The notes under the pieces are model-generated. The model worked only from the letters and a program-made list of their open reading frames with translations, had not been told where the DNA came from and searched no databases. The translations under genes and the position numbers were made by a program. Shown here piece after piece: positions 1-10,050 of a DNA stretch of 64,000 nt (positions are counted from its first letter, which is position 1; every line of letters begins with the position of its first letter). The stretch spans positions 12,501 through 76,500 of the forward strand of contig CAZRVU010000007.1 of NCBI GenBank assembly GCA_964603615.1, written 5' to 3'. The DNA comes from an uncultured Desulfovibrionaceae bacterium (lineage in GTDB: Bacteria; Bacillota; Dethiobacteria; DTU022; UBA8154).

Positions 1-1
1 T

Positions 2-1096
2 ATTTATGTGCGGGCGGAATACCCGCTGGCTATTCGTCGTTTGCGGACGGCCATTGCCCAGGCGGAAGAGTATGGCCTCATCGGGGATAATATTTTAGGC
101 TCCGGTTTTGGTTTTAAAATAAATATCAAGGAGGGGGCCGGCGCTTTTGTTTGCGGGGAGGAGACCGCTTTGCTGGCTTCCATTGAAGGCGAAAGAGGTA
201 TGCCTCGCCCGCGGCCTCCTTTTCCAGCGGTCAAGGGTTTGTGGGGGAAACCTACATGTATCAATAACGTGGAGACCCTGGCTAATGTCTCTTTGATCAT
301 GCGCAAGGGAGCGGAATGGTTCAACACTATTGGCACGGAAGGCAGCAGGGGCACAAAGATCTTTGCGCTGACCGGGAAGGTCAACAATACTGGCCTTTGT
401 GAAGTCCCCATGGGCATCACCCTGCGCGAAATTATCTTTGACATTGGCGGCGGCATACGGGGCGGTAAAAAGTTTAAGGCGGTGCAGATTGGCGGGCCTT
501 CAGGGGGCTGTTTGCCCGAATCCCACCTGGATCTGCCCGTCGATTATGATTCCCTGACCTCTGCCGGGGCCATGATGGGTTCTGGCGGTATGGTCGTAAT
601 GGATGAAGATACCTGCATGGTGGATTTGGCCCGCTATTTCCTGAGTTTTACGCAGAGAGAATCCTGCGGTAAATGTACACCCTGCCGCGAGGGGACGAAG
701 CGCATGTTAGAAATTTTAGAGCGCATTACCAAGGGCCAAGGGGTGGAGGAAGATATCTCCCGTCTTGAAAGGCTGGCCCTGGCCGTCAAGGACGGTTCGC
801 TTTGCGGTCTGGGGCAGACGGCGCCCAACCCGGTGTTAACTACCCTGCGCTATTTCCGGGATGAATATGAGGCCCATATTTTGGATCGCCGCTGTCCGGC
901 AGGCCAGTGTAAGGAACTGCTCACTTATTATATCGATCCGGAGTTGTGTACCGGTTGCCGTGCTTGCACGAGAGTATGTCCTGCTGGTGCCATTAGCGGT
1001 GAAAAGAAAGAGCCGCATGTCATCGACGAAGAAAAATGCATTAACTGTGGCAATTGTGCGGAACGTTGTAAGTTTGACGCCGTAAAGGTGAGATAA
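2..1096 (+). CDS. NuoF/HndC-like NAD(P)H-binding flavoprotein subunit of a formate dehydrogenase/hydrogenase complex (C-terminal part; gene starts upstream of window). NuoF-type 4Fe-4S region plus two C-terminal 4Fe-4S ferredoxin motifs.
   Basis: Open frame runs to the window edge. Motifs [12 protein letters not shown] (NuoF 4Fe-4S), [14 protein letters not shown] and [11 protein letters not shown] (2x[4Fe-4S] ferredoxin). Lies immediately upstream of fdhA. Confidence 0.8.
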   Translation: MYVRAEYPLAIRRLRTAIAQAEEYGLIGDNILGSGFGFKINIKEGAGAFVCGEETALLASIEGERGMPRPRPPFPAVKGLWGKPTCINNVETLANVSLIMRKGAEWFNTIGTEGSRGTKIFALTGKVNNTGLCEVPMGITLREIIFDIGGGIRGGKKFKAVQIGGPSGGCLPESHLDLPVDYDSLTSAGAMMGSGGMVVMDEDTCMVDLARYFLSFTQRESCGKCTPCREGTKRMLEILERITKGQGVEEDISRLERLALAVKDGSLCGLGQTAPNPVLTTLRYFRDEYEAHILDRRCPAGQCKELLTYYIDPELCTGCRACTRVCPAGAISGEKKEPHVIDEEKCINCGNCAERCKFDAVKVR

Positions 1097-1117
1097 CGGA
1101 GCAAAGGAGGGAAATCG

Positions 1118-3793
1118 TTGATTTCTTTAACTATAAACGGTCAAAGCGTAGAGGTAGAAGAGGGGAGCACGATTTTAAATGCGGCCAATAAGTTGGGAAT
1201 ATTTATCCCCACTTTTTGTCATGATTCCCGTCTTGCCCCGGCAGGAGCTTGTCGTATGTGCCTGGTGGAGGTGGAAAGGGCCCGGGCTTTAATGGCTGCT
1301 TGCAGCGTCCCGGTGATGGAAGGCATGGTGGTGCATACCGATACGGAGCGGGTTCATGCTGCCCGTAAGGAAAACCTGCAACTTCTGCTGGCCAACCATC
1401 CCCTGGATTGCCTTACCTGCGAAAAAAATGGCGATTGCCGCCTGCAGGAATATTGTTATCTTTACGGAATCTCCGAGAGCGATTATCAGGGAGAGCGGAA
1501 AAATTATGCACTGGACGAGAGCAATCCTTTCTTTATCAGGGATATGAATAAATGTATTCTTTGTGGTTTGTGTGTGCGTGTTTGTCATGAAGTTAACGGT
1601 GCCGGGGCGATTGATTTTACCAACAGGGGGTTTGATACCAAGGTAACCCCGGCCTTTGATGATTCCCTCGAGGAGTCACCCTGTGTATTTTGCGGTATGT
1701 GCGTGGATGTTTGCCCGGTAGGTGCGCTAACGCCCAAACAGAGCATCCGCCAGGGCCGTGCCTGGGAGTTAAACATGGTCCGGACCACCTGTCCCTTTTG
1801 CGGAACCGGCTGCGGGCTGGAGCTTTACGTGAAGGATAATAAGGTTGTAAAGGTGAAAGGGGATCCCCTGAGTCCTGCCAGCCGGGGGCAGACTTGCGTC
1901 AAGGGGCATTTCGGTATAGATTTCCTACACCACCCGGAACGCCTGCAAAAACCCTTAATCCGGAAAAATGGCAAGTTAGAGGAGGCCTCCTGGGAGGAAG
2001 CCCTGAATTTAATTGCCGGCAGGCTGAAGGGCTTAAAGGGTGAAGAGCTGGCCGGTTTTTCCTCGGCTCGTGCTACAAATGAGGAAAACTATCTCTTCCA
2101 AAGGCTTTTGCGCACACTGGGCACGAATAACGTCGATCACTGTGCCCGCCTCTGACATGCGCCGACCGTAGCCGGTTTGGCTACAGCTTTTGGCAGCGGC
2201 GCGATGACGAACAGCATCGGGGAGATCGAAGACGCCGATACTATGCTGGTAATCGGCGCAAACCCGCCGGAGGCCCACCCTGTAATTGGTTACAGGATTA
2301 AAATGGCCAAGAAAAAGGGTGCTACCCTGATCGTGGCCGATCCCCGGCGGACCGAACTGGCCGAATACGCCGATGTTCACCTACGGTTACGTCCGGGGAC
2401 AAACGAGGCACTGATAAACGGCATGATGAATGTGATCATTACAGAAGGGCTGGCCGATGAAAAGTTTATCCAGGAAAGAACGGAAGGCTTTGCCGCCATG
2501 AAAGCGGTTGTGGATAAATATACGCCGGAACATGCTGAAAAAATAACCGGGGTTGCCGCGGAAGATATTCGCCGGGCAGCACGTCTTTTTGCCGGTGCGG
2601 AAAGGGCTTCGATATTCTATACGCTGGGGATTACCAACCATACGACGGGCACTGATTCCGTGCTTTCGGTGGCCAATCTTTCCCTGCTCACCGGCAACCT
2701 GGGTAAACGTTCTGCCGGGGTTAACCCCTTAAGGGGGCAGAACAATGTTCAGGGGGCTTGTGATATGGGGGCACTGCCCAATGTTTTCACAGGTTACCAG
2801 CGGGTGGATGACCGCGAGGCACGCACCAAGTTTGAAAGGGCCTGGGGCGCACGGCTCAATCCACAGCCGGGGTTAACCATCACGGATATTTTTAATGCAA
2901 TTTTAGCCGGGGAAATCAAGTTCCTTTACGTTTTTGGCGAAAACCCGGCGCTGACTGAGGCCAACCTGCACCACGTCTGGGAGGCCCTGGAAGAGGTGGA
3001 ATTTTTAGTGGTGCAAGATCTCTTTTTAACGGAGACGGCCGCTTATGCCGATGTAGTATTACCGGCGGCAGCTTTTGCGGAAAAACAGGGAACCTTCACC
3101 AATACAGAGCGGCGCGTGCAGATGGTGCGCAAGGCTGTGGATCCTCCCGGTGAAGCCAAAGCGGATTGGCTCATCCTTTGTGAACTGGCCCGCAAGCTTG
3201 GTTTGAACTGGGATTATGCCTCTGCGGAAGATATTTTCCAAGAAATGGCCCGCTTAACCCCCAGTTATGCCGGGATTAGCCACCAACGTTTGGAGGAAGA
3301 AGAAGGCCTGCAATGGCCTTGTCCCACTGCCGATCATCCGGGAACTTTATACCTGCACAAAGATAAATTTGTGCGAGGTAAAGGCCAGTTTACCCCCGTG
3401 GAGCACCAGCCTCCCGCAGAAGAACCCGATGAGGAATACCCCATCTTGCTCACTACGGGCCGTATTCTCTACCATTACAACACGATGACCCGTTATGCGG
3501 ATGGTATCGAATCTTTCCGTCCGGAGGAACTGGCGCAGATCAATCCTGAGGATGCTGCCAGAATGGGTATAGAGGAAGGAGATCTGGTCAAGATGTCTTC
3601 GCGGCGGGGTCATGTGCAAGTCAGGCTAACTGTTACGGACGCTGTCCCGCCGGGCGTAATTTATATGACCTTCCACTATCACGAATCTGCTGTGAACCTG
3701 CTAACCATAGGTGCACTTGATCCCGTGACCAAGACGCCGGAGTTTAAGGTTTGTGCCGTGAGGATCGATAAATTAGCTGAAATAGGAGCCTGA
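1118..3793 (+). CDS. fdhA: Formate dehydrogenase alpha subunit, selenocysteine-containing. N-terminal 2Fe-2S/4Fe-4S ferredoxin domains plus a molybdopterin (MopB) domain. In-frame TGA at 2153-2155 read as Sec.
   Basis: The two track ORFs 1118..2155 and 2177..3793 are in the same frame and are separated only by TGA. The context VDHCARL-[TGA]-HAPTVAGL matches the E. coli FdhF Sec site CARVUHGPSVAGL. Fe-S Cys motifs are present at the N-terminus and the total length (~891 aa) fits FdhA. Confidence 0.85.
2156..2202 (+). ncRNA. SECIS-like hairpin immediately 3' of the Sec UGA in fdhA. Apical stem GUAGCC/GGCUAC with loop GGUUU, extended by GCGCCG/CGGCGC.
   Basis: Inverted repeats seen directly in sequence. 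Position and size match a bacterial SECIS (~40 nt starting right after the UGA). The loop contains GGUU. Confidence 0.6.
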
Positions 3794-3804
3794 TGCAGGC
3801 TTTT

Positions 3805-3840
3805 AAAAAAAAGGCAGTCCGGTTGGACTGCCTTTTTTAG
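3805..3840 (+). terminator. Rho-independent terminator after fdhA (GGCAGTCC-ggtt-GGACTGCC followed by a T-run; an A-run on the 5' side makes it potentially bidirectional).
   Basis: Perfect 8-bp stem plus TTTTTT, 12 nt after the fdhA stop. Confidence 0.75.
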
Positions 3841-3958
3841 TTAGGCGTTCCTACAATGGTATGTTTTTAGAATTATTTATCTGCATGATAACAAATGAAG
3901 GAAGTTGGCGGGAATTTCCCTTCCAAAAGCTTATAATAAAGGCAGGAGGTGGATAAGG

Positions 3959-4795
3959 ATGATGGAAAACTTAAACTTCGACACCACAATAGCAGTGGAG
4001 ATTGAAAGAATTCGAGAAAAACGCAGAAGTAAAGAAAGGGATCTCCTGATCAATGAAATTCCCTTGACTATATTTGTCAATGAACGGGAATACGTGACAC
4101 TTTTTTGTTCACCCCGGAAGTTAGATTATCTGGCGGTTGGATTTCTGCACCTGGCAGGTCTACTGCCTAGCAAGGATGATTTGGAGGAGATCAAGGTTGA
4201 TGAAGCAAAAGGTTTGGTTTTTGTTCGCATGAAAGTGCCGGTGGGAAAAAAAGAAATGCCGTCCCCTAATTCCCCCGTTATTTTGGGAAAGGGATGGGAA
4301 GCGCTGTATTTGGAGGCGCCATCTGCACGGGTTTTTAAAACCCTGCCAGGCCGGAAACGGCGGGCAGAATTTTCCCAACCGGAATCATCCCTGCAGGTTA
4401 AAGCAGAGGAGCTTTTCCAGCTTATGGCTGCTTTGCTCAATGCTTCCTCGCTTTTTAAGGCAACCGGCGGGGTACACAGCGTGGCGTTGGCCTTGCCGCA
4501 CGAAATACTTTTCTTTAGTGAGGATGTAGGCCGCCATAATGCGGTCGATAAGGTTGCCGGTGAATGTATGCTTAGCAACATTATCTTCCATGATAAAATT
4601 TTGCTTTCTAGTGGCCGTGTTTCCTCTGAAATTGTAGTTAAAGCAGACAAATTAGGTCTGCCCCTCATTGCCTCCCGCGCTGCGCCAACATCATTAAGTG
4701 TGGAGCTTGCCCAAAAAATGGGGATAACCCTGGTTGGTTTTGTACGTGGTTCGCGCCTGAATATCTACACCCATGCACAGAGGGTTGTTTTATAA
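3959..4795 (+). CDS. fdhD: Formate dehydrogenase accessory sulfurtransferase FdhD
   Basis: GRHNAVDK motif. AGGAGG RBS lies 9 nt upstream of the ATG at 3959 (the track ORF starts earlier at 3905). Located directly after fdhA. Confidence 0.8.
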   Translation: MMENLNFDTTIAVEIERIREKRRSKERDLLINEIPLTIFVNEREYVTLFCSPRKLDYLAVGFLHLAGLLPSKDDLEEIKVDEAKGLVFVRMKVPVGKKEMPSPNSPVILGKGWEALYLEAPSARVFKTLPGRKRRAEFSQPESSLQVKAEELFQLMAALLNASSLFKATGGVHSVALALPHEILFFSEDVGRHNAVDKVAGECMLSNIIFHDKILLSSGRVSSEIVVKADKLGLPLIASRAAPTSLSVELAQKMGITLVGFVRGSRLNIYTHAQRVVL

Positions 4796-5040
4796 AATCC
4801 TTTTCGCTATTTGCCATTCTAGGCACGCCGCGCTGAAAATAACTGAGTAGTTACAAAAAAGTTATAATATTAACCAGATAATACCAGATGCCGTTCTGGG
4901 GCAGGGATGCGGGGCATTAGCAAAAAGGAGCTATCTTGAGGAATAAAACTTACTAAGGAGGTTGCTTCCGCCAGTTATTGTTTTTCAATATTGAGTAATC
5001 TTGTGGCATTACTAGCCTTTAAATGGACAATTTTAAATAT

Positions 5041-5070
5041 TTGCACGGCAGGCTGTGTATATGGTATAAT
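5041..5070 (+). promoter_or_regulatory. Sigma-A-type promoter (TTGCAC-18-tgGTATAAT, extended -10) in front of the radical SAM gene.
   Basis: Near-consensus hexamers with a TGn extension, seen in sequence. Nothing else supports activity. Confidence 0.45.
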
Positions 5071-5239
5071 CTAACATAAGGCACTAAATAATATTATGTA
5101 ACACAGAATAATATAATAAAGATAAGGGTAAAGTGGAAGGCGTTGGCGATATTTTTTCTAAATTAAAGGAGTTGACGTTTATGAAGAAAAACCTGCCTTT
5201 TTCTTGAAGTAGTTATTATCTTTACAGGAGGGGAAAAGG

Positions 5240-6601
5240 ATGACGTTTGATTCTGTAAAAAAGATAGCGGCTGAATTTGCTTTGGATCGGGCGGTAAATT
5301 TTATTACTAAAGATCCGGAAAAGAATCTTTTTGAACTCCTTGATTTTATAGAAAAAGTGGCGATCACCCCCGGTCATAAAGATGCAGTAAGGGCAGTCAA
5401 GGATCATTTTAGGGATAACCCGCCGATCATGGAACAGACTAAGCGCATCGCCAGTAATCCCAAAATGCTCACGAATTTAATTAATTCCTGGGTTGTGAAT
5501 GGTACTTTCCTGGGTAAGACAAAACGGGATCAAATTAGCAGGGAGATTGGCGTTTCCGTTCCCCAGCTACTTTTGATCGATCCTACTTCTGCTTGTAATT
5601 TGCGCTGCGAAGGCTGCTGGGCGGGCGAGTACAGTAAAACGGACCAGTTGGAGCCGGAGCTGTTCAGCAGGATTATCAATGAGGCTAAGGAGTTGGGTAT
5701 CTACTGGATAGTACTTTCTGGTGGCGAGCCTTTTTGTTACCCCTATCTGTTGGATGTAGTTGCCGAGCATCCCGATTCGGTTTTTATGGTTTACACCAAC
5801 GGCACGCTGATCGATGAAAAAAAGGCTGATCGCCTGGCAGAGCTGGCCAATTTGTCTCCGGCTTTCAGTTTAGAGGGTTGGCGCGAAAAAACCGATGCGC
5901 GCCGTGGTAGCGGTACCTTTGATAAGATCATCCGATCGATGGACCTTCTCCGTGAAAGAGGGGTTTTTATCGGTGCCTCAGTCACGTCGATGCGTAACAA
6001 TATTGAGGAGCTCTTTAGCGACAGTTTTGTTGATTTCCTCGTTGAGAAGGGCGTTACTTATATGTGGTCTTTCCATTATATTCCCATTGGCCGCAATCCC
6101 AATGTGGAGCTCATGCTTACCCCTGAACAGCGTGCTTGGATGTTTAAGCGGATCAGGAAGTTACGAAAAGAGAAGCCACTCCTGATTGCCGATTTTTGGA
6201 ATGATGGTGAGGTTACGGGCGGATGTATTGCCGGTGGCAGAAAATACTTTCATATCAATGCCGCCGGGGATGTGGAGCCCTGTGCTTTTGTGCATTTTGC
6301 CGTAGATAATATCAGGAATAAAAGCCTGGTTGAGGTTCTGCAAAACCCGCTATTTAAGGCTTATCAAAAGGAACAGCCTTTTAATGAAAACCACCTGGCG
6401 CCCTGCCCGATTATTGATGCACCGGCTGCCTTGCGTAGTATGGTAAAAATAAGCGGGGCACGCCCTACGCATCGCGGCGCCGAACAGGTTTTAAAGGGAG
6501 AAGTAGCAGAGTATCTCGATGCCCTTGCGCGGCAGTGGTTGCAGCGGGCAGAGGAACTAAAAGCTGAAATTTCTGCTGATGAGAAAGTTAGTGCCCGCTA
6601 G
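5240..6601 (+). CDS. Radical SAM enzyme (CX3CX2C = CNLRCEGC) with a long ~110-aa N-terminal extension and a Cys-poor, partial SPASM/twitch-like C-terminus. Substrate unknown.
   Basis: CNLRCEGCWAGEY core and a GGEP SAM-binding motif. AGGAGGGG RBS lies 8 nt upstream of the ATG. No family-level assignment possible by eye. Confidence 0.7.
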   Translation: MTFDSVKKIAAEFALDRAVNFITKDPEKNLFELLDFIEKVAITPGHKDAVRAVKDHFRDNPPIMEQTKRIASNPKMLTNLINSWVVNGTFLGKTKRDQISREIGVSVPQLLLIDPTSACNLRCEGCWAGEYSKTDQLEPELFSRIINEAKELGIYWIVLSGGEPFCYPYLLDVVAEHPDSVFMVYTNGTLIDEKKADRLAELANLSPAFSLEGWREKTDARRGSGTFDKIIRSMDLLRERGVFIGASVTSMRNNIEELFSDSFVDFLVEKGVTYMWSFHYIPIGRNPNVELMLTPEQRAWMFKRIRKLRKEKPLLIADFWNDGEVTGGCIAGGRKYFHINAAGDVEPCAFVHFAVDNIRNKSLVEVLQNPLFKAYQKEQPFNENHLAPCPIIDAPAALRSMVKISGARPTHRGAEQVLKGEVAEYLDALARQWLQRAEELKAEISADEKVSAR

Positions 6602-7415
6602 GCAGGATAATTTTGCGGACGGCTATATTTACCTTGGTAATCTGGAGACCGGTGAGGTACTCCAGATTATTTTTGATTTCTTGCTGGATTTTCTGCAATA
6701 ATTGGGGGATATTGATTCCATATTGAACATAGACGTCCAGGTTGACGATTAGGCCACTATTATGAGAGGTTACGGCCGGTTTTTTTACTTTGATGATGCT
6801 ATCGAATTGGGAGATGACATGGATGGTGATCTGCTCGATGACATAAGTAGAAAGGTAAAAATTTCCCATGGAACTGTAAACCGGCCGGACGATGGAGTGC
6901 TCCATGACCTGTGCAGGAGCTGTTTTGCTTTTACCCAGGAAAAAGGCTTTAATGGGATCGAGCAGGTACCCGGGAAATTCTTTCTCCAAGGCAAAGGTGG
7001 GCAGGGGTATGACATGGCGGTTTTCTTTTTCCCTGATCTCAAGTGCCTGATTTATTTCGGCAGGGGAGGCAATATCTTCGATCAAAATAATTTTCTGCGG
7101 GTGAGGTATCCCCAGTTTGTTGGTAATGAGCTCCACCATGCGCTGGGAAGTGCCTAATATTAGAATGCTATCCGGCCGGGCCTCTTCAATGGCTTTTTTA
7201 ACTTCGTCTGTATGTTGGGGATCTATAAAGACGGCTCTTTTTGCCGCCCCGATCTTAGTATTTTCCCGTTTGGAAGAACGCCCGGCCAGTACCTGGCTGC
7301 CTTTTATTAATAAACCGTCATCCAGAATATATTCTATTCCCCTTCTATAGGCAACTAGCGTGGAGCGGTGACTTTTCCCAGAACCGCTAGGTCCAATCAA
7401 GGCATAAATTTTCAT
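6588..7415 (-). CDS. Two-domain protein: N-terminal P-loop kinase-like domain (GPSGSGKS at residues 8-15) fused to a C-terminal Asp23/Gls24-like domain. Function unknown. Its 3' end overlaps the radical SAM gene by 14 nt (convergent).
   Basis: Walker A motif at the extreme N-terminus. The C-terminal ~100 aa match the Asp23 alkaline-shock-protein pattern (VISQFDSI...GLIVNLDVYVQYGINIPQLLQKIQQEIKNNLEYLTGLQITKVNIAVRKI). Confidence 0.55.
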   Translation of the reverse strand: MKIYALIGPSGSGKSHRSTLVAYRRGIEYILDDGLLIKGSQVLAGRSSKRENTKIGAAKRAVFIDPQHTDEVKKAIEEARPDSILILGTSQRMVELITNKLGIPHPQKIILIEDIASPAEINQALEIREKENRHVIPLPTFALEKEFPGYLLDPIKAFFLGKSKTAPAQVMEHSIVRPVYSSMGNFYLSTYVIEQITIHVISQFDSIIKVKKPAVTSHNSGLIVNLDVYVQYGINIPQLLQKIQQEIKNNLEYLTGLQITKVNIAVRKIILPSGH

Positions 7416-7945
7416 TATTTTCCTCCTGCTGAACTAAATTTTAGTATAACATGACCTGCCAAGGAAGTCGATAGTTTGGGAAGGCTTTCAGCTCCTCAAG
7501 CCCGTACAACATGCCGTGGCCAACCCGGAATACCTGCTGCATCTAGTCCCGGCTGGCTACTGTGGCTAATCCGGGCTAATTCTGGACTAAATCCGGATTA
7601 GCGAGCGCGGGTACTACGGCTCACTCTAGTTTGATTACCGACCGTGTTTAACTTGTGGTGGGGTTATCTACCGGTGAAATCCTTAAAATTTTATTCTTAG
7701 GAAAAACTCTGAACCGTTGTTTGCAGGGTTTTGTTCTTCTGATGCGAATTAATATTAATGTGGATTGAAAAGCAACGGCGTTCTTGATATACTGAAAAAC
7801 GTGGAATGTAGATAAACTCAGAAAAGGCGATTAAAAAGGTAATATTAAGAATAATACATTGGCGGGGAAAGGATAGCTTACGGGATAAAGGCAGTTCAAT
7901 ATAAAGTAGCTCTAGCCGCTAAAAATTATCAGGAGGTGCTTTGTT

Positions 7946-9487
7946 GTGGAAGAAAAATTAGATTTTTTACAGCAAAGAAGAGAAATCATTCTAGAAGGGG
8001 GTGGCGCGAAGCGTATTGAAGACCAGCACAAAAAAGGAAAACAAACAGCCCGGGAGAGACTAGAGCAATTTTTAGATCCGGGTAGCTTTGTGGAGGTTGG
8101 GGTTTTTGTCCAGGGAAACCTGGAAGATGCCAGCGTGCTGGATATTCCTTTGCCGGGCGAGGGGGTTGTCACCGGCCATGGGACAGTAGACGGGCGCCTC
8201 GTGTATGTTTTTGCTCAAGATTTTACTGTTTCCGGTGGTTCCCTTGGTGAAGTGCATGCCGCCAAAATTTGCCGTGTTATGGATCTGTCTGCCCAAAACG
8301 GGGCGCCTTTGGTAGGTATTAATGACTCCGGAGGTGCCAGGATACAAGAAGGCGTCGCTTCTTTGGATGGCTATGGGAATATTTTTCTACGTAACACAGT
8401 CAATTCCGGGGTTATCCCTCAAATTTCTGTGATTATGGGGCCTAGTGCAGGGGGGGCTGTTTACTCTCCGGCGATGACGGATTTTATTTTTATGGTAGAC
8501 AATATTAGCTACATGTTCATTACCGGGCCACAGGTGATCAAGGCTGTAACTGGCGAAGAGGTTACACCGGAAAAACTCGGGGGCGCGGCGACACATAATG
8601 AGATCAGCGGTGTAGCCCATTTCCGGGCCAAGGATGAACAAGAATGTTTTGCGCAGATTGCTAAGTTATTAAGTTACTTGCCTGCCAATAATTTAAATGA
8701 TCCGCCTGCTGCTGAACCGGCTGAGCCCGCTTTGTCTGCAGATGATTTGTCTCATATCGTGCCAGCCGATCCGAACAAAGGCTATGATGTTGTGGAAGTG
8801 ATCAAGAGAATAGTCGATAATAGCGAACTCTTCCAGGTTCATGAGCACTATGCCAAAAATGCTGTGGTGGGCTTTGCACGCCTGAACGGTCAGGTGGTGG
8901 GCATTATTGCCAATCAAGCCAAGTTTTTAGCAGGGTGTTTGGATATTGACTGTTCAGATAAAATTGCGCGTTTTGTCCGTTTCTGCGACTGTTTTAATAT
9001 TCCGCTGCTTACTTTTGTCGATGTTCCCGGTTATCTTCCCGGTGTCCATCAAGAATTCGGGGGGATCATCAGGCACGGGGCCAAGATTCTTTTTGCTTAT
9101 TCTGAGGCAACTGTTCCACAAGTCAGCGTTATTTTACGCAAAGCCTACGGTGGGGCTTATATAGCTATGAGCTCACGCAGCCTGGGAGCCGATCATGCTT
9201 TTGCCTGGCCGACAGCGGAGATCGCTGTAATGGGGCCGGAAGGGGCCATCAATATTGTTGCCCGCCGGGAGATCGAACAAGCTGAAAATCCCGAGGAAGA
9301 AAGAAAAGAGAAAGTGGAAGAATACCGGCGGAAATTTGCCAATCCTTATATTGCCGCGTCCCGGGGTTGGGTGGATGACGTGATCGATCCGCGTGAAACG
9401 CGTGCGTATCTGATCCGGGCTTTTGATTCTCTTAAAAATAAATTTGAGGATCGTCCCCGTAAAAAGCATGGAAATTTTCCGGCATAG
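7946..9487 (+). CDS. Acyl-CoA carboxyltransferase subunit (propionyl-CoA carboxylase beta / methylmalonyl-CoA decarboxylase alpha family)
   Basis: Full-length carboxyl-transferase domain protein (513 aa) with both N- and C-terminal CT subdomains. AGGAGG RBS lies 9 nt before the GTG. No biotin-carrier, beta or gamma subunit genes are adjacent. Confidence 0.8.
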   Translation: MEEKLDFLQQRREIILEGGGAKRIEDQHKKGKQTARERLEQFLDPGSFVEVGVFVQGNLEDASVLDIPLPGEGVVTGHGTVDGRLVYVFAQDFTVSGGSLGEVHAAKICRVMDLSAQNGAPLVGINDSGGARIQEGVASLDGYGNIFLRNTVNSGVIPQISVIMGPSAGGAVYSPAMTDFIFMVDNISYMFITGPQVIKAVTGEEVTPEKLGGAATHNEISGVAHFRAKDEQECFAQIAKLLSYLPANNLNDPPAAEPAEPALSADDLSHIVPADPNKGYDVVEVIKRIVDNSELFQVHEHYAKNAVVGFARLNGQVVGIIANQAKFLAGCLDIDCSDKIARFVRFCDCFNIPLLTFVDVPGYLPGVHQEFGGIIRHGAKILFAYSEATVPQVSVILRKAYGGAYIAMSSRSLGADHAFAWPTAEIAVMGPEGAINIVARREIEQAENPEEERKEKVEEYRRKFANPYIAASRGWVDDVIDPRETRAYLIRAFDSLKNKFEDRPRKKHGNFPA

Positions 9488-9749
9488 ATATTGTTGACTT
9501 TTTTGTTAGCAGGTGGTAGTATTTTTGTAACTGTTCAGGGCAAACACAAAACAAACACAAAGCAAATACAAACAGGGTAGAGAAATTAGCAGATGTGTAA
9601 AGCATCTTAGCATGATCGATGATGGTTAATTTTTAAAAAGTTTCTTTCGCCGCAATTTGGGCGCAAAAGATTCCCATTAGCATAAGAATTTTAGTTGGAA
9701 CTGGCGGAGCAGTTACACTTTTTAAAAGAAATTTTCTATTATAGATCGT

Positions 9750-10050
9750 ATATAGAGCAGGCTGATGAGGGGGAGAGTAGGAACGGGAAAAGCTTTAGTG
9801 AACCGGGGGTAGTGGAAACCCGGTGCTGGAACTGTTCTGAAGCGCACCCCGGAAGTGGAAACCGAAGCCTGGGGAGTCCCTATTTAGGAAGTAGATTTTT
9901 TCAGGTGTGTAGGTTTTACCGGTTGACACCGTTAAAAAAATGTTGTAAGAAATATGCCTGGCAACCTGAAGAGGGCTCCCAGTGAGCCAAAAAAGGTGGT
10001 ACCGCGGGAAATTACCTCTCGTCCTTTTTGGAGAGAGGTTCTCTTTATTT
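9750..10050 (+). promoter_or_regulatory. T-box riboswitch leader preceding argC. Stem I carries a GAUGAG K-turn, an AGAGUAG motif and an AGUGAA bulge. An F-box-like CCGUUA is present. The T-box sequence AGGUGGUACCGCGG lies at 9994-10007. A terminator hairpin (ACCUCUC...GAGAGAGGU) at 10014-10039 is followed by a U-run. Candidate specifier CGC (Arg) at 9843-9845, preceded by GAAG and followed by A.
   Basis: 13/14 match to the canonical T-box consensus AGGGUGGNACCGCG, immediately followed by a terminator with a U-tract. Stem I hallmark motifs seen in sequence. Specifier assignment is inferred by eye, not by folding. A plausible promoter (TTACAC-18-TATTAT) sits at 9713-9743. Confidence 0.7.

Noticed and set aside
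4-456. 150-aa minus-strand ORF at the window start
   Set aside because: Antisense to the well-supported NuoF-like gene. No RBS and no recognisable motif.
9695-9985. 96-aa ORF (MELAEQLHFLKE...)
   Set aside because: It lies inside the T-box leader of the arg operon. No RBS, and its coding potential is explained by the structured RNA.
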